In this document: positions 1 through 13,750 of the stretch, one piece after another | Layout of the letters: each line of letters opens with the position of its first letter | Position numbering within the stretch: the first letter of the stretch is position 1 | Program-made: the position numbers and the translations under genes | DNA from: Mobula hypostoma | Lineage: Eukaryota | DNA length: 64,000 nucleotides | Reading direction: 5' to 3' | NCBI RefSeq assembly: GCF_963921235.1 | Contig: NC_086108.1 | Location: 103,294,001-103,358,000 of the forward strand | The notes under the pieces: model-generated | Database searches by the model: none | What the model was told of the DNA's origin: nothing | Seen by the model: the letters and a program-made list of their open reading frames with translations, nothing else

Positions 1-450
1 GGCAGGTGAGAAGAAGTAAATGGTCAGAATGGGGAGTAGAAGAAGAGGGAATAGGAAGGGGATTTTTTTTTACTGGAAGGAGAAATAGATATTCATGCTA
101 CCAGGTTACCTTGATGGAATATAAGGTGTTGCTCCTCCACCCTGAGGGTGGCCTCATCTTGGCACAGGAAGAGGGCACGGACTGACATGTCAGAATGGGA
201 ATAGGAATCAGAATTAAAATGTCTGGCTACCAGGTAGTTCTGCTTTTGGTGGATGGAGCCGAGATGCCGGATGAAGCAGACTCCAATTTAGGACAGGTTG
301 CACCAATGTAGAGGAGGCCGCATCAGGAGTACTGGACACAATAGACGACCCCGGCAGATTCACAGGTGAAGGACTGTTCGGGGCCTTGCATGGAGGTGAG
401 GGAGGAGGTATGTGGACAGGTGTAGCACTTGGGCTGCTCCCGGAACTCTC
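1..450 (-). mobile_element. Penelope-like element fragment (degenerate GIY-YIG 3' end)
   Basis: collinear similarity to 7150-7575. Confidence 0.75.
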
Positions 451-739
451 CCTGTTGTCTTGAGCAGTGATTATCCCTTATTCAGCAATACTAAGGCGGA
501 TCACCTGATCATTACCAGCTTGCAGGTTGTATCAACTTTAAACAACCTGGATTCCTCTAGTGACCCCATACCAAAGTCCAACTTTGTAATGAAATCCAGT
601 CGGCACAACCTACAGCAGCCCAGAACTCCTGGCTTCAAGCCATCGGACAGCCTCCACTCCGAGTAGCCAGATTACGGGCGCACGCCACCACGTCTGTAGG
701 GTAGTGTAGTGGTTAACGTAACCCTATTACAACACCAGC

Positions 740-1230
740 TGCACAGCTGGACATAGAAGTTTTAGAGAGGATGCAGAGGAGGTTTACCAGGATGCACTCT
801 GGATTAGAGAGCGTGCCTTATGAGAAAAGTCTCAGTGAGCTTGGGTGAACGAGGAGGAGAAACGGCTTGATAGAGGTGTACAAGCTGATAAGAGGCATAG
901 GTAGAGTGGACAGCTAGAGACTTTTTCCCAAGGTGGAAATGGTTAATTAAAGGAGGCATAACTTTAGGGTGATTGGGTGGAAGTATAGTGGGGATGTCAG
1001 AGCTAAGTTCTTTACACAGAGTGGTGAGTGCATGGAATGCTCTGCCTGGGGAGATGGTAGAGGCAGACACATTTTGGGTATTTAAGAAACTCTAGGTAGG
1101 CACATGGATGATAGCAAAATGGAGGGCTATGTGGGAGGGAAGAGTTAGGTTGATTTTAGAGTAGGTTAAAAGTTTGACACAACATTGTGGGCCAAGGGGT
1201 TTGTACTGAGCTGTACTGTACTATGTTTTT
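740..1230 (+). mobile_element. CR1-type LINE 3' fragment
   Basis: ERxQRRFTRM-like coding remnant and 3' tail similar to the other CR1 copies. Confidence 0.75.
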
Positions 1231-1402
1231 TTTTTCTGAAGATCTAGATCTTTAAACTTCAAGAACTTTTATGCGCAAAGGATCTGCCACATTTCCCGTA
1301 CCATTACAGTTCCATAAATTGCACTTAGACATCCGAAAGACAAGATAACTGGTTCATGCTGCACGTTTTCCTCTCTGACGTCACGTTGCATTTCTCACAC
1401 AG

Positions 1403-1575
1403 GTGGGCCTGGCAGTGGCAAGGGTACCCAGAGCCTGAAAGTTGCCCAGCAGTACGGATTTGAGTACATTTCAGTGGGAGAGCTCCTCAGAAAGAAAATG
1501 ATCCACAATGCAACCTGTAACAGGAAGTGGAGACTGATAGCTAAAATTATCACCAACGGGGAACTGGCACCTCAG
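1403..1575 (+). CDS. AK5: AK5/AK5-like exon, kinase domain 1 P-loop
   Basis: cacacag|GT GGG CCT...CCT CAG|gtata; encodes (G)GPGSGKGTQSLKVAQQYGFEYISVGELLRKKMIHNATCNRKWRLIAKIITNGELAPQ, matching AK5 as I recall it; 173 nt, phase 1-0. Confidence 0.95.
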
Positions 1576-2084
1576 GTATAAACCTAAATCTGAACACTTA
1601 TAATTGCATTCTAGCTTCTGTGTCAAATGACCAATTATCTTGGAGCACAGAGATTGTTAAATGCTGTGCAAGGATTGTCTTCCTTACAGTTTCACAAAAA
1701 TAGACAACACTAGCAAGGCTGGAATTTATTATCTATGCCTAATTGCCTCCTGATGTGAATGACTTGATAAGCGGTTTCAAAAAGCCAGCTAAGAGTCAGC
1801 CACGTTGCAGGATCTGAGTCATGCACGGGGCAGAACTGGGAAATGGTGAAAGGTTTCCTTCTGCGAAGCATGTGAGTGAGCCAAGCATGAGTGTGTCACG
1901 GGAGCACAGCGTTCAGCACGACACGGTTACAGCTTGGGGCCTCCGAGTTCAGTTCCGGCTCTGTCTGTAAGAAGTTTGGACGTCCTGCCCAGAAGCGTGA
2001 AGGTTTCCTCCGGGTGCCCTGGTTTCCTCCCACATCCCAAAGACGTACCAGTTAGTAGAATATTGTGTCCTAGCTGTCTAGATA

Positions 2085-2335
2085 TGTAAGCCTGGGCAGT
2101 ACAATATGGAGAGCAAGCTGTTGTGCATGTAGCAAGCTCCCCATCTCCACGCATCTGCTGAACCCAGAGGAACGGCAGAGACCAATGCAGTTTGGTACAG
2201 CAGCATTGCAGGAGTTGCCAGTCAGCATTGAACTCAATGTAGGACTGCCTTAGGGGCTCCAACTCTTGATTTTTTCCCTCAGGGTTTACTCCTGAAGCCT
2301 TCCCCGTGAGTGGGTATAGCGCAAGGCAGCAAGGT
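2085..2335 (-). mobile_element. RTE-related non-autonomous fragment
   Basis: shares a segment with the SINE at 42538-42846; family assigned from memory. Confidence 0.4.
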
Positions 2336-2336
2336 T

Positions 2337-4115
2337 TACATAGACCATAGAATAGTACAGCACAGTACAGGCCCTTCGGTCCACAATGTTGTGCCGACCC
2401 TTAAACCCTGCCTCCCATATAAGCCCCCACCTTAAATTCCTCCATATACCTGTCTAGTAGTCTCTTAAATTTCACTAGTGTATCTGCCTCCACCACTGAC
2501 TCAGGCAGTGCATTCCACGCATCAACCACTCTCTGAGTAAAAAATCTTCCTCTAATATCCTCTTGAACTTTCCACCCCTTACCTTAAAACCATGTCCTCT
2601 TGTATTGAGCAGTGGTGCCCTGGGGAAGAGGCACTGGCTATCCATTCTATCTATTCCTCTTATTATCTTGTATACCTCTGTCATGTCTCCTCTCATCCTC
2701 CTTCACTCCAAAGAGTAAAGCCCTAGCTCCCTTAATCTCTGATCATAATCCATACTCTCTAAACCAGGCAGCATCCCGGTAAATCTCCTCTGTACCCTTT
2801 CCAATGCTTCCGCATCCTTCCTATAGTAAGGCGACCAGAACTGGACACAGTACTCCAAGTGTGGCCTAACCAGAGTTTTATAGAGCTGCATCATTACATC
2901 GCGACTCTTAAACTCTATCCCTCGACTTATGAAAGCTAACACCCCATAAGTTTTCTTAACTACCTTATCCACCTGTGAGGCAACTTTCAGGGATCTGTGG
3001 ACATGTACCCTGAAATCCCTCTGCTCCTCCACACTACCAAGTATCCTGCCATTTACTTTGTACTCTGCCTTGGACTTTGTCCTTCCAAAGTGTACCACCT
3101 CACATTTCTCTGGGTTGAACTCCATCTGCCACTTCTCAGCCCACTTCTACATCCTATCAATGTCTCTCTGCAATCTTTGACAATCCTCTACACTATCCAC
3201 AACACCACCAACCTTTGTGTTATCTGCAAACTTGCCTACCCACCCTTCTACCCCCACATCCAGGTCGTTAATAAAAATCACGAAAAGTAGAGGTCCCAGA
3301 ACTGATCCTTGTGGGACACCACTAATCACAATCCTCCAATCTGAATGTACTCCCTCCACCATGACCCTCTGCCTTCTGCAGGTAAGCCAATTCTGAATCC
3401 ATCTGGCCAAACTTCCCTGGATCCCATGCCTTCTGACTTTCTGAATAAGCCTACCGTGTGGAACCTTGTCAAATGCCTTACTAAAATCCAAATAGATCAC
3501 ATCCACTGCACTACCCTCATCTACATGCCTGGTAACCTCCTCAAAGAACTCTATCAGGCTTGTTAGATACAATCTGCCCTTCACAAAGCCATGCTGACTG
3601 TCCCTGATCAGACCATGATTCTCTAAATGCCCGTAGATCCTATCTCTAAGAAACTTTTCCAACAGCTTTCCCACCACAGACGTAAGGCTCACTGGTCTAT
3701 AATTACCCAGACTATCCCTACAACCTTTTTTGAACAAGGGGACAACATTCACCTCCTTCCAACCCTCCAGTACCATTCCTGTGGACAACGAGGACATAAA
3801 GATCCTAGCCAGAGGCTCAGCAATCTCTTCTCTCGCCTCGTGGAGCAGCCTGGGGAATATTCCGTCAGGCCCCGGGGACCTATGCGTCCTAATGTATTTT
3901 AACAAATCCAACACCTCCTCTCCCTTAATATCAACATGCTCCAGAACATTAACCTCACTCATATTGTCCTCACCATCATCAAGTTCCCTCTCATTGGTGA
4001 ATACTGAAGAGAAGTATTCATTGAGGACCTCGCTTACTTCTACAGCCTCCAGGCACATCTTCCCACCTTTATCTCTAATCGGTCCTACCTTCACTCCTGT
4101 CATCCTTTTGTTCTT
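2337..4115 (-). mobile_element. CR1-type LINE, 5'-truncated, RT pseudogene
   Basis: ORFs 3147-4103, 2703-3125 and 2475-2696 are one frame split by two stops; NYRPVSLTS, YLDFSKAFDKVPH, GVPQGSVLGP; FADD is changed to FADN. Confidence 0.95.
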
Positions 4116-5349
4116 TACAATAATTGAAATGTTATTTTGTTTTGTTTTTCTTCTATACTATGTATTGCATTGAACTGCTGCTGAATCTGATTCTGATGTG
4201 CATTTGAGCTGCCAGAGGAAGTGTTTCAGTTCAGATACAATAAGTATATGGATAGGAAAGGTTTAGAAGGATATGGGCTAATTGTGGGCAACTGGGACTA
4301 GTTTAGGTGTGCACCTCGCTTGGCAAGGATGATTTAGGCAGAAGGCTTTGTTCCCTTGCAATATTGATCAAATGTCACTTTCACCAAAAGGACTGTGGTA
4401 GCTCACAAATGTGCCTCATTGCCTCCTTTTGGAGGGCATTAGGCCTGCATAATAAATTGTGGCCTTGTCAGCGTTGCCTAAATCCTGTGAATCCGAAAAT
4501 ATTGAATATATATTTATATATATTGGGCCCCATATCTAAGAAAGAATGAAAGAATGTGCTGGCATTGGAGAGGACCCATGGGAGGGTAACGAGAATGATC
4601 ACGAAAATTAACTGAAGTGGTTAACATTCAGGGAGCATCACAAACAGGAGGAAATTGGCAGATGCTGGAAATCCGAAGCAACACACACAAAATGCTGGAG
4701 GAACTCAGCAGGCCAGGCAGCACCTATGAAAAAGAGTAAACCGTCGATGTTTCGGACCGAGACCCTTTATCAGGACTGGAAAGAAAGAAGTCCTTTCGGA
4801 AGAATCAGAAGCTCTAGTTCATTTTGGTACCAATGCAATAGGTAGGAAAAGGGAGGAGGTGCTGAAGAGAGAATACGGGGAGTTAGGCAGAAAGCTGAAA
4901 AGCAGGATCTTCAGGGTAGTGATCTCAGGGTTGTTGTTTCAGTGATGTGCCAGTAAGGGTAAGAATTGGATGATTTGGTAGATGAATGGGGCCATGACGA
5001 ATGCATTGTTCTGCTACCGCTGATTTCTCTGCATAACCAAATAGTGGAGGGGAGGAAGGTGTTCCTAAAACATTGTGTGTGTGTCTTCAGGCTCTTCTAC
5101 ATCCTCCCTGGTGATTGTAATGAGAAGAGTGCATGTCCTTGATGGCAAGGGTCCTTAATGATTGATGGTCCCTTTTTGAGGCATCGTCTTCTGAAGATGT
5201 CCTCAACTATGTCTTCAGTGCACTAGCAACTATCCACCAAGCAAAGCAAATTTAAAAAATTGCATTTATATAGGACTTCCCCAAATTGTACAGATATCAA
5301 AAGCAACTTACAGCCATTAAAGTACTTCTGAAGAGTAGCTACTGTTGAA

Positions 5350-5830
5350 TCAGGATCAGAATCGGATTTAAAGTCATTGGCATGGGTCACGAAATTTGTT
5401 GCTTAGCAGCGGCAGTATATTACAATACATCATAAAAAACTATAAATTACGATAAGACATAGAAATATTTTTTAATTAAATTCAATATGTTGTGCAAAAG
5501 AGAGAAAAAATATTGAGTTAGTGTACATGTGTTCATTGTTCAGAAATCCGATGGTGGAGAGGAAGAAGCTGTTTCTAAAGTGTTGAGTGTGTGTCTTCAG
5601 GTTCCAGTACCTCCTGCCTGATGGTAGCAATGAGAAGAGGGCATGTCCTGGGTGATGGGGGGTCCTCAATGAGGGGTGTTGCTTTTCTGAGGCATTGTCT
5701 TTTGAAGTTGTCCCTGATGCTGGGGGGCTGGTGCCCCTGATGGAGCTGACTGAGTTTGTAACTTTCCGATCCTGTCCAGTGGCCTCTCCGTACCAGACGG
5801 TGATGCAGCCAGTTAGAACGCTGTGGGGAA
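5350..5830 (-). mobile_element. Rex1/Babar-type LINE 3' fragment, representative of many copies (e.g. ~11980-12345, 12600-13170, 23235-23850, 24915-26070, 36970-38010)
   Basis: recurrent CITVWYG...PHHPGHALFSLLPSGRRY...RNSF C-terminal motif. Confidence 0.75.
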
Positions 5831-5958
5831 TTGGCAGACATTTTGAGTCAGCAGTGCAATTCATGAAGAGATGTGTGCTGTTATTGTGCTGGCTTTGTAC
5901 ATTTCATTGTCCGGATGGGCACATTAATAAATTATGTGTGTGTGTCTCCTGACTGAAG

Positions 5959-6072
5959 GAAACCACGATCACTGAGATAAAGCAGCGCTTGATGCAGCTC
6001 ACGGACACCCGAGGAATTGTCATTGACGGATTCCCAAGAGACGTGGCCCAGGCATTGTCCTTTGAGGATCAG
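5959..6072 (+). CDS. AK5: AK5/AK5-like exon, domain 1 DGFPR motif
   Basis: ctgaag|GAA...CAG|gtacgg; ETTITEIKQRLMQLTDTRGIVIDGFPRDVAQALSFEDQ; 114 nt. Confidence 0.95.
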
Positions 6073-6832
6073 GTACGGACACCTGAGTGGAACTCCTTTC
6101 TGGATGCAGGAATAGTATTGTTGATCACCTGCCTCGGCTTGAGTGAGATATTTAATGTGGTACTGCCTACCTGTCCATCGGTGGGTCTAGCGATATTGAT
6201 GCAGATGATCTATAGAGGCAGAAAACTCTGTGCTCGTGGCCTTTTTATTGAGTGTTACAAGAACAAATGCAAAGAGAAAGAAGTCCTGGTTGGTTCATAC
6301 TCAAACAACCAACCAGTGATAACAATTAACCTGTTAAATAGCCAGATTCAAATAGTGTGACACGTACTGCAGAAAATCTAGAAAATACAATTACTAGAAA
6401 ATTAACTGAAAATTTACTGATCCACGTACATAGGTGATCAGCATACAATTATATGAAAATTATAAGCAAACATTGGAGGGTTAAACTACAAGGAAAATAC
6501 TAGAAAAATAAACATTTGACACCCTAATCCAAAACCCTCAAATCTGATTCAAATCCCTTGCAACAAACTGTATAGATTTACAAACCGAGAGGCTGAATTT
6601 TTCCACTGGATCCATTCAAATAGTTTCTCTAATTCTTCAACTATCTGGCATTGAGCACTATAGATCAGGGCACAAGTTAATTGTTCCTCATTACAGTTCT
6701 GAGAGTTAGGAAAATGACTCTGTATTTAATTATTCCCTGTTCAGTGTATTAATCATTCAGAATTAAAAGGCTGCATGTGCAGGAGGAAAATAGAGAGCCT
6801 AGTGGCATGGTGTCAAGAAAACTTCCTTTCCC

Positions 6833-7617
6833 TCAAGCAACACGCATAAAAGTTACTGGTGAACGCAGCAGGCCAGGCAGCATCTCTAGGAAGAGGTACA
6901 GTCGACGTTTTGGGCCGAGACCCTTCGTCAGGACTAACTGAAGGAAGAGCTAGTAAGAGATTTGAAAGTGGGATGGGGAGGGGGAGATCCAAAATGATAG
7001 GAGAAGACAGGAGGGAGAGGGATGGAGCCAAGAGCTGGACAGGTGATTGGCAAAGGGGATATGAAAGGATCATGGGACGATAGGCCTAGGGAGACAGAAA
7101 AGGGGAGGGGGGAATCCCAGAGGATGGGCAAGGAGTATAGTGAGAGGGACAGAGGGAGAAGAAAGAGAAAGAGAAATATGTATATAATAATAATAAATAA
7201 ATAGCGGATGGGGTACAAAGCGGAGGTGGGACATTAGCGGAAGTTTGAGAAGTCGATGTTCATGCCATCAGGTTGGAGGCTACCCAGACGGAATATAAGG
7301 TGTTGTTCCTCCAACCTGAGTGTGGCTTCAACTTGACAGTAGAGGAGGCCGTGGATAGACATGTCAGAATGGGAATGGGACGTGGAATTAAAATGTGTGG
7401 CCACTGGGAGATCCTGCTTTCTCTGGCGGACAGAGGGTAGGTGTTCAGCAAAACGATCTCCCAGTCTGCGTTGGGTCTCGCCAATATATAGAAGGCCGCA
7501 TCGGGAGCACCAGACGCAGTATATCACCCCAGCCGACTCACAGGTGAAGTGTCGCCTCACCTGGAAGGACTGTCTGGGGAAATTCCAGCATCTGCAGATT
7601 TTCTCGTGTTTGCGTTT
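6833..7617 (-). mobile_element. Penelope-like element 3' end: GIY-YIG endonuclease plus terminal repeat with hammerhead motif
   Basis: ORF 7234-7632 contains GVIYCVWCSRCGLLYIGETQRRLGDRFAEH...LEEQHLIFRLGSLQPDGMN; pyrimidine-rich UTR; hammerhead-like motif 6899-6936. Confidence 0.9.
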
Positions 7618-10600
7618 CTTTTCCCTTAACATCAGTAAAACAAAAGAGCTGGTTGTTGACTTTGGGAAGTGGGGTGAAGTACAGTTTGTCCTAGTCAGTC
7701 ATGTGGAGTCTGTGGCTAAGTAAGCTCACCAGTGCCGCTAAGGAAATTCAGTAGGTCCTTGATCACCCTCACTAACTTTTGCTGGGACACCACAGAAAGC
7801 AGCCTACCTAGGTGCATCACAGCTCGGTAAGTCAACTGCTCTGCCCAAGAAATGATAGCGAGTTGGGGACGCAGACCAGTCCATCAAGCAACCCAACGTC
7901 CCTTCCGTTGACCAGCTATGTTTCCCTCTGCCTTGGGAAAGCAGTCAACATAATCGAGGACCTCTTCCACACTGGTCATACTCTCTTCTCCCCCTTCCAA
8001 TCAAGCAGAAGATAAACAAGTACCACCAGGCTCAAGGTAAGCTTCTAGCTTTGTTATCCCACACAAGCCGTAGGAGCAGAATTAGGCCATTCACCCCATT
8101 GAGTCTGCTCTGCATTCTGTCATGGCTGATTTATTTTCGCTCTCAACCCTATTCCCCTGCCTTCTCCCCACAACCTTTGACGCCCTTACTAATCAAGAAT
8201 CGATCGACCTCCACTTTAAATGTACTCAATGACTTGGCCTCCACAGCCGCCTGTGGCAGTGAATTCCACAGATTCACCACCTTCTTGCGAAAGAAATTCC
8301 TCCTCATCTCTGTTCTAAGTGGATGTCCTTCTGTGGATTATGTGGCTGGTCCTAAACTCTCTCACGATAGGAAACATCCTCTCCACATCCACTCTATATG
8401 GGCATTTCAATATTTGATAGGTTTCAATGAGATCCCCCTTGATCGGGTGTCTCGTATGCTAAAAATGAGCCCTTAATCTCCTTATCTACTGCTTCACGGC
8501 CCTTGCATATTGTTGCCCACCTGCACTGCACTTTCTCTGTAGCTGCAACACGACTCACTGCCTTCTTTTCACACTGTCCTGATGTACTTATGTATGGAAT
8601 GATCTGTCTGGATGGCTTTTCACTCTATCTGTCTACGTTTGAGAATAATAAACCAACTACCATATTTCAGGCTCTTCCAGTGTTTCTGCAGTCAAATGAG
8701 ATCCCAAAGACGTACTGGGTAGATTAATTGTAAATTGTCGCGTGATTAGGTTAGGGTTAATTGGGGTTGTCAGGGGTGGCTCAGGCAACATGGCTGGAAG
8801 GACCAGAAGGCCTACAATGTGCTGTATCGCAAAATAAATAAATTAATTATCTATTTTAGACATTTTTTTGGGTTTAAATTTATAAATCACATGTACATCG
8901 AAAGATAAATTGAAATATGTCATTTGCATTAACAACCAACCCAGGAGCTGGGGGCAGCCACACATTCCAGTACTAGCATAGTTTGCCCACAGTGTTCATC
9001 GGAACAACACAAGCAGCAACAACGACAACAAAACAAAACAACAACAGCAAATCAAACCCCTGCCCCCCCCCGCACACACACACAAAACATCCCCTCCCCC
9101 CCAACTCCAGAACAGGTCACCTCCGACCTCTAGTCCGTGTCCCAGGACTTTCAGACTCAGTCACCGGGCCTCCTCCGGCCTCCTGTCCCTGGCCTGGACT
9201 CAGACATCGGGTCACTGACCTACGGACAAGCCGACCCAGAGCTTTGACCCTTGGGCCTCTACGTTCAGACTCGCTGACTTCAGTGTTTGACTTTCTACCT
9301 GTTTTTGTACATGTTCACATTCACGTTGCAATGATCTTGTTTACTTGCAGTGCACTTTCTCTGTAGCTTTTACGCTTTATTTTGTATTCCGTTACTGTTT
9401 CACCCTGTTCTACCTCAATGCACTGTGTAATGATTGGATCTGTGTGAGTAGTATTCAAGACAAGCTTTTCACTGTATCTCAGTACAGGTGACAACAGGAA
9501 ACCAGTCCCAATCCCAATTCCAATTACTAGGTGAGCTGTTATGATCTGTAGTGTGTTGCATGAATGAGCAGTATAAGCAGAACAAATAATAATAAGTTTT
9601 GAAAGAAAATTGGGAACAGATTTGGGAAGATAAAATGTTTATGGTGCAAAAGCATGGATCCTGAAGATTATTTTATAGGAGCATTCAGTGCTCTAGCTCT
9701 TGACTCAGTGCTCTGCCATGAACAGTCCCATGAGAAATGAGGAGGGTTGGGCATGGGGCTCACAACCCCAACATATAAAATCCCAGAGCTATGGAAACAC
9801 CAACAGAAGCTCCAAAGACCGCAACCCTGGGAGGTGAAGGATTTTCGCCGAGAGCAGGAATTCCCATGGATCCCTACCATTAACCAAGGGATCTGTGGGC
9901 CCCAGGTTGGGAACCCCTGGTCTAGAAGATGTTTGAAGTCATGTGGTGAAAACTGCAAGTCTGTAGAAGTCAATCAGTTTTCTAAGAGAGGCCGGCCAAA
10001 GAAACTGACGCCAAGGAGATGGACTACACCCAGGAATAACTTGAAAGACGGGTTCAGTCTTAAAAGGAAGAAGAAGACCTCAAAGCACCCCGTTCTCATT
10101 TCCGCACAAAGGTGGTTCTTTTAGAGAAATGACAGCGGCCTGGTGGTGCTGTATAATGGTGAATGGAAATCAGAGACTGAGCAGTCATCTGAATAAATCA
10201 TGAAAGGATTTGTTAATATGGATAGAGAGGAATGATTTCCTCAGCTGGGAATTGGGAACACCGTCTGTGATCTCAAAATTAAAGCCGACTTGCTTCTCCA
10301 CGGAAATAGCAGCAGAACTGTGAAACTGATGATTCTAACTGCTTGGACAGTTGGAGATATCGCAACCAGTATAGGCAGATGTTTTTTTTGAGTGAGGTAG
10401 GTAGAGCTTTATTCTAGCTCAATGCACTGCGTAATGATTTGATCTGCATTAACAGTATGCAAGACAAGGTTTTTACTGCAACTTGGTATATGTGACAATA
10501 GAAAGCCAGTTCCAATGAGGTTCATATCCAGATCAATGACGTCTGAGGAAGATGTAAAGACTTGAAAACCTAACCCACCAGACTCAAGGACTGTTTCCAT

Positions 10601-10619
10601 TTCGCAGTTATTAAGTAGA

Positions 10620-11135
10620 AGTACACACTTGCTCATTAATGCAAATATCTAATCAGCCAATCGTGTGTCAGCAACTCAGTGCATAAAAGCATGCAGACAA
10701 GATCAAGAGGTTCAGTTGTTGTTCAGACCAAACATCAGAATGGAAAAGAAATGTGATCCAAGTGAATTTGACCATGGAATAATTATTGGTGTCAGACAGG
10801 GTGGCTCGAGTATTTCAGGAACTACTGATCTTCTGGGATTTTCATGCACAACAGTCTCAAGAGTTTACAGAGGATGGAGCAAGAAACAAAAAAAACTTCC
10901 AGTGAGATGCAGTTCTGTGGGCAAGTATGCCTTGTTAATGAGAGGGGGCAGAGGAGAAACGCCAGACTGTTTCAAGCTGACAGAAAGGTAACAGTAACTT
11001 CAAATAACCATGTATTACAACAGTTGTGTGCAGAAGAGCATCTCTGAATGTGAAACACGCCAAACCTTGAAGTGGATGGCCTGCAGCAGCTGAAGACCGC
11101 AAACAGAGACTTAGTGGCCACTTTATTAGGTACCT
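10620..11135 (+). mobile_element. Tc1-like transposon, internally deleted
   Basis: N-terminal HTH remnant MEKKCDPSEFDHGIIIGVRQGGSSISGTTDLLGFSCTTVSRVYRGW; end motif agtggccactttattaggtac. Confidence 0.75.
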
Positions 11136-11565
11136 CGTGTATAAAACTCTTGAGTAGGCCTCTTAGACGTTATAAATGAACTGTCGATCTCTCAGTCTAC
11201 CTCATCACTACCCCTGCACTTTATTAGTGTACCTACACTGCACATTCTATGTAACTATAACACTATGGTCTGCCTTCTGTTTATTTTATCCATTTGTGCT
11301 CCCTCGATATTCTTGTGCATGGAATGATCTGACTCGGAGGCATGCAAACAAAAGCTTTTCCCTGTATCCCAGAACGTGTGACAATAAGAGACCAAAGAGA
11401 GTGGATTTAAGGGGTCAAATAACCCAGTGCTGGTCCTGTTTGTGTGATTCTTAATGCAAGGCCTTTATTCAGCACTATTTAACTCATTGCTCCAAAATTA
11501 AATCAGAAAATGTTTGAAACACTGCTTGCTCGCTCTCTCTTTCTCTCTGTTCTTTCCTTCATCAG

Positions 11566-11757
11566 ATATGCACCCCGGATTTGGTGGTGTTCCTCGCATG
11601 CACCAATCACCAGTTAAAGAAGAGGCTGGAAACAAGGGCCGCACAGCAAGGTCGCCCTGACGACAATCCGAAAGCCATTCAGAGGCGATTGACCACCTTC
11701 AAGCAAAACACCATTCCATTGGTCAAGTACTTTCAGGAAAGGGGTCTGATTGTTACA
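11566..11757 (+). CDS. AK5: AK5/AK5-like exon, domain 1 LID region
   Basis: long pyrimidine tract, atcag|ATA...ACA|gtaagt; ICTPDLVVFLACTNHQLKKRLETRAAQQGRPDDNPKAIQRRLTTFKQNTIPLVKYFQERGLIVT; 192 nt. Confidence 0.95.
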
Positions 11758-13750
11758 GTAAGTGTTACCAATTTTAATAATCCTCTATTTTTTCCACAGA
11801 ATGAGCAACTTGAATTATTGTATCTAACCTAACAAGACCTTGAGATTTTTCATAGATTTATGGTCTCATTTTCCAGAACATTCATGGAATTCCAAACACA
11901 AGCTGCAAAACTTTAATACTTAATCAGTATTCACATAGTCTCTGGCCTTAAATCTATTCTAAGTTTCTAAGACCCAATGATTCAGTTCAGTGATGAGGCA
12001 AGTGAAGTTGAATGAAATTATCCCCTTTGGTTCAAGAGCCTGATCGTTGAGGGGTAATAACTGTTCCTGAATTTGGTGGTGGGGTTCCTGAAGCTCCCGT
12101 GCATTCTTCCTGATGGCAGCAGCGAGAAGAGAGCATGGCATGCGTGGTTGGGGTCCTTGATGCTGGATGCTGATTCCTGCGACAGTGTTCTGTGTAGGTG
12201 TGCTCATTGGTGGGGAGGGCTTTATCCGTGATAGACTTAGCCATATCCACTACTTCTTGTAGGCTTTTCTGTACCAGGCCATGATGCAACCAGCCAATGT
12301 ACTCTCCACCACATGTCTACAGAGGTTTGTTGAAGTTTTCGATGGAGGAAAGTAGAGGGTGTGTGTCAGACGCAGTTTTTTTTAACACAAAGAGTGGTGG
12401 GTGTGTGGAAAGTACTGCCAGGGGCAGCTATATCAAGGACATTCAAGAGACTGTGAGATAGGCACATGGATGTAAGGAAAGTGGAGGGCTATGTGGGAGG
12501 GGAAGTTTAAATTGATCATGTAGGCTAAAAGGTCAGCATAACATCATGGGCTGAAGAGCCTTACTGTGCTATATTCCAAGCAAGTCAACTGCCCCGCCAT
12601 CTTAACTGCACTTTACAGGAGCACCCTGAGAGTCCTGACAAGTTGCATCTCCATCTGGTACAGGAGCAGTTGAGCATTGGACCAGAAGTCCCTACAAAGA
12701 ACTGTGGGAACAGCTGAGAGGATTGTAGGCATCTCCCTATCATCCGTCGGGGACATTTATCAGGAGTGCTGCATTCTTAGGGCCCTTAGTATTATCAAGG
12801 ATCCCACCCATCCATCCAGCATCCTCTTTGACTTTCTACCATCAGGTAGGAGATTCCGATGCATAAAAACAGGAACGGCCAGGATGGGAAACAGTTTCTT
12901 CCCTTGGGCCATTAGGCTTCTGAACTCCCTGCTGCATTGCATTTGAGGTGTCACTGATTAACCTTTTCTGTACCTTACAATATTTAATATTAATGCACTT
13001 TAGTTTATTATTTATGTGTGATTCATCTGTAGATTTTATCCTTGCCTTCATTAGTTATCATGCGTAGTGTATGTTATGTGCTTTACACCCTGGTTCGGAG
13101 AAGTTATGTCTATACACATTATATGGTTATTATATCATATACATGCATATAGTTAAATGGCAATAAACTGGACCTGTGTTGATTTCTATTTGGAATAATT
13201 TACAATGGCCTACTAACCAACAAACCCACACACTTTTCAGATATTGGGAGCAAATGGGAGCTCATGAATTATGTCCAGACTTATGAAGGCCAATGTGCTG
13301 AAAGCTCTCTTTATGACCTTATCTACCCGTGACACCACATTAAATGAATTGTGGATCTGAATGGGATGGTGGTAGAGACAGGTACATACTGGAGATTTAT
13401 GAGACACTTACAAAGGCACATGGATGAAGAAAAAATGGAGGGCTATGTGGGAGGGAAGGGTTAGATTGATTTTAAAGTATGTTAAAAGGTCAGCATAACA
13501 TTGTGGGTCAAAGAGCTTGTACTGTTCGATGTTCTGTGTTCTATATTAACATACAGAGGTGACAGGACAATTGCAGAGGTGTCCAAAGGCAAGCAACTCA
13601 AGACTAGTTGACAAATCCATGATCTTCCATCATAAGACCGTAAGATATAGAAGCAGAATTAGGCAATTTGGCCCATCAAGTCTGCTCTGCCATTTCATCA
13701 TCACTGATCCGTTTCTCTCGCAGCCCCAATCTCCTGCCTTCTCCCCATAT

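Noticed and set aside
3345..4173. Plus-strand ORFs over the CR1 copy and similar ORFs antisense to other LINEs
   Set aside because: Shadow frames of retroelement coding sequence
5989..6360. ORF-track calls overlapping exons (also 11581-11832, 33201-33401, 48641-48871, 56913-57212) as standalone genes
   Set aside because: Each is an exon plus intronic read-through; similarity ends at the splice sites
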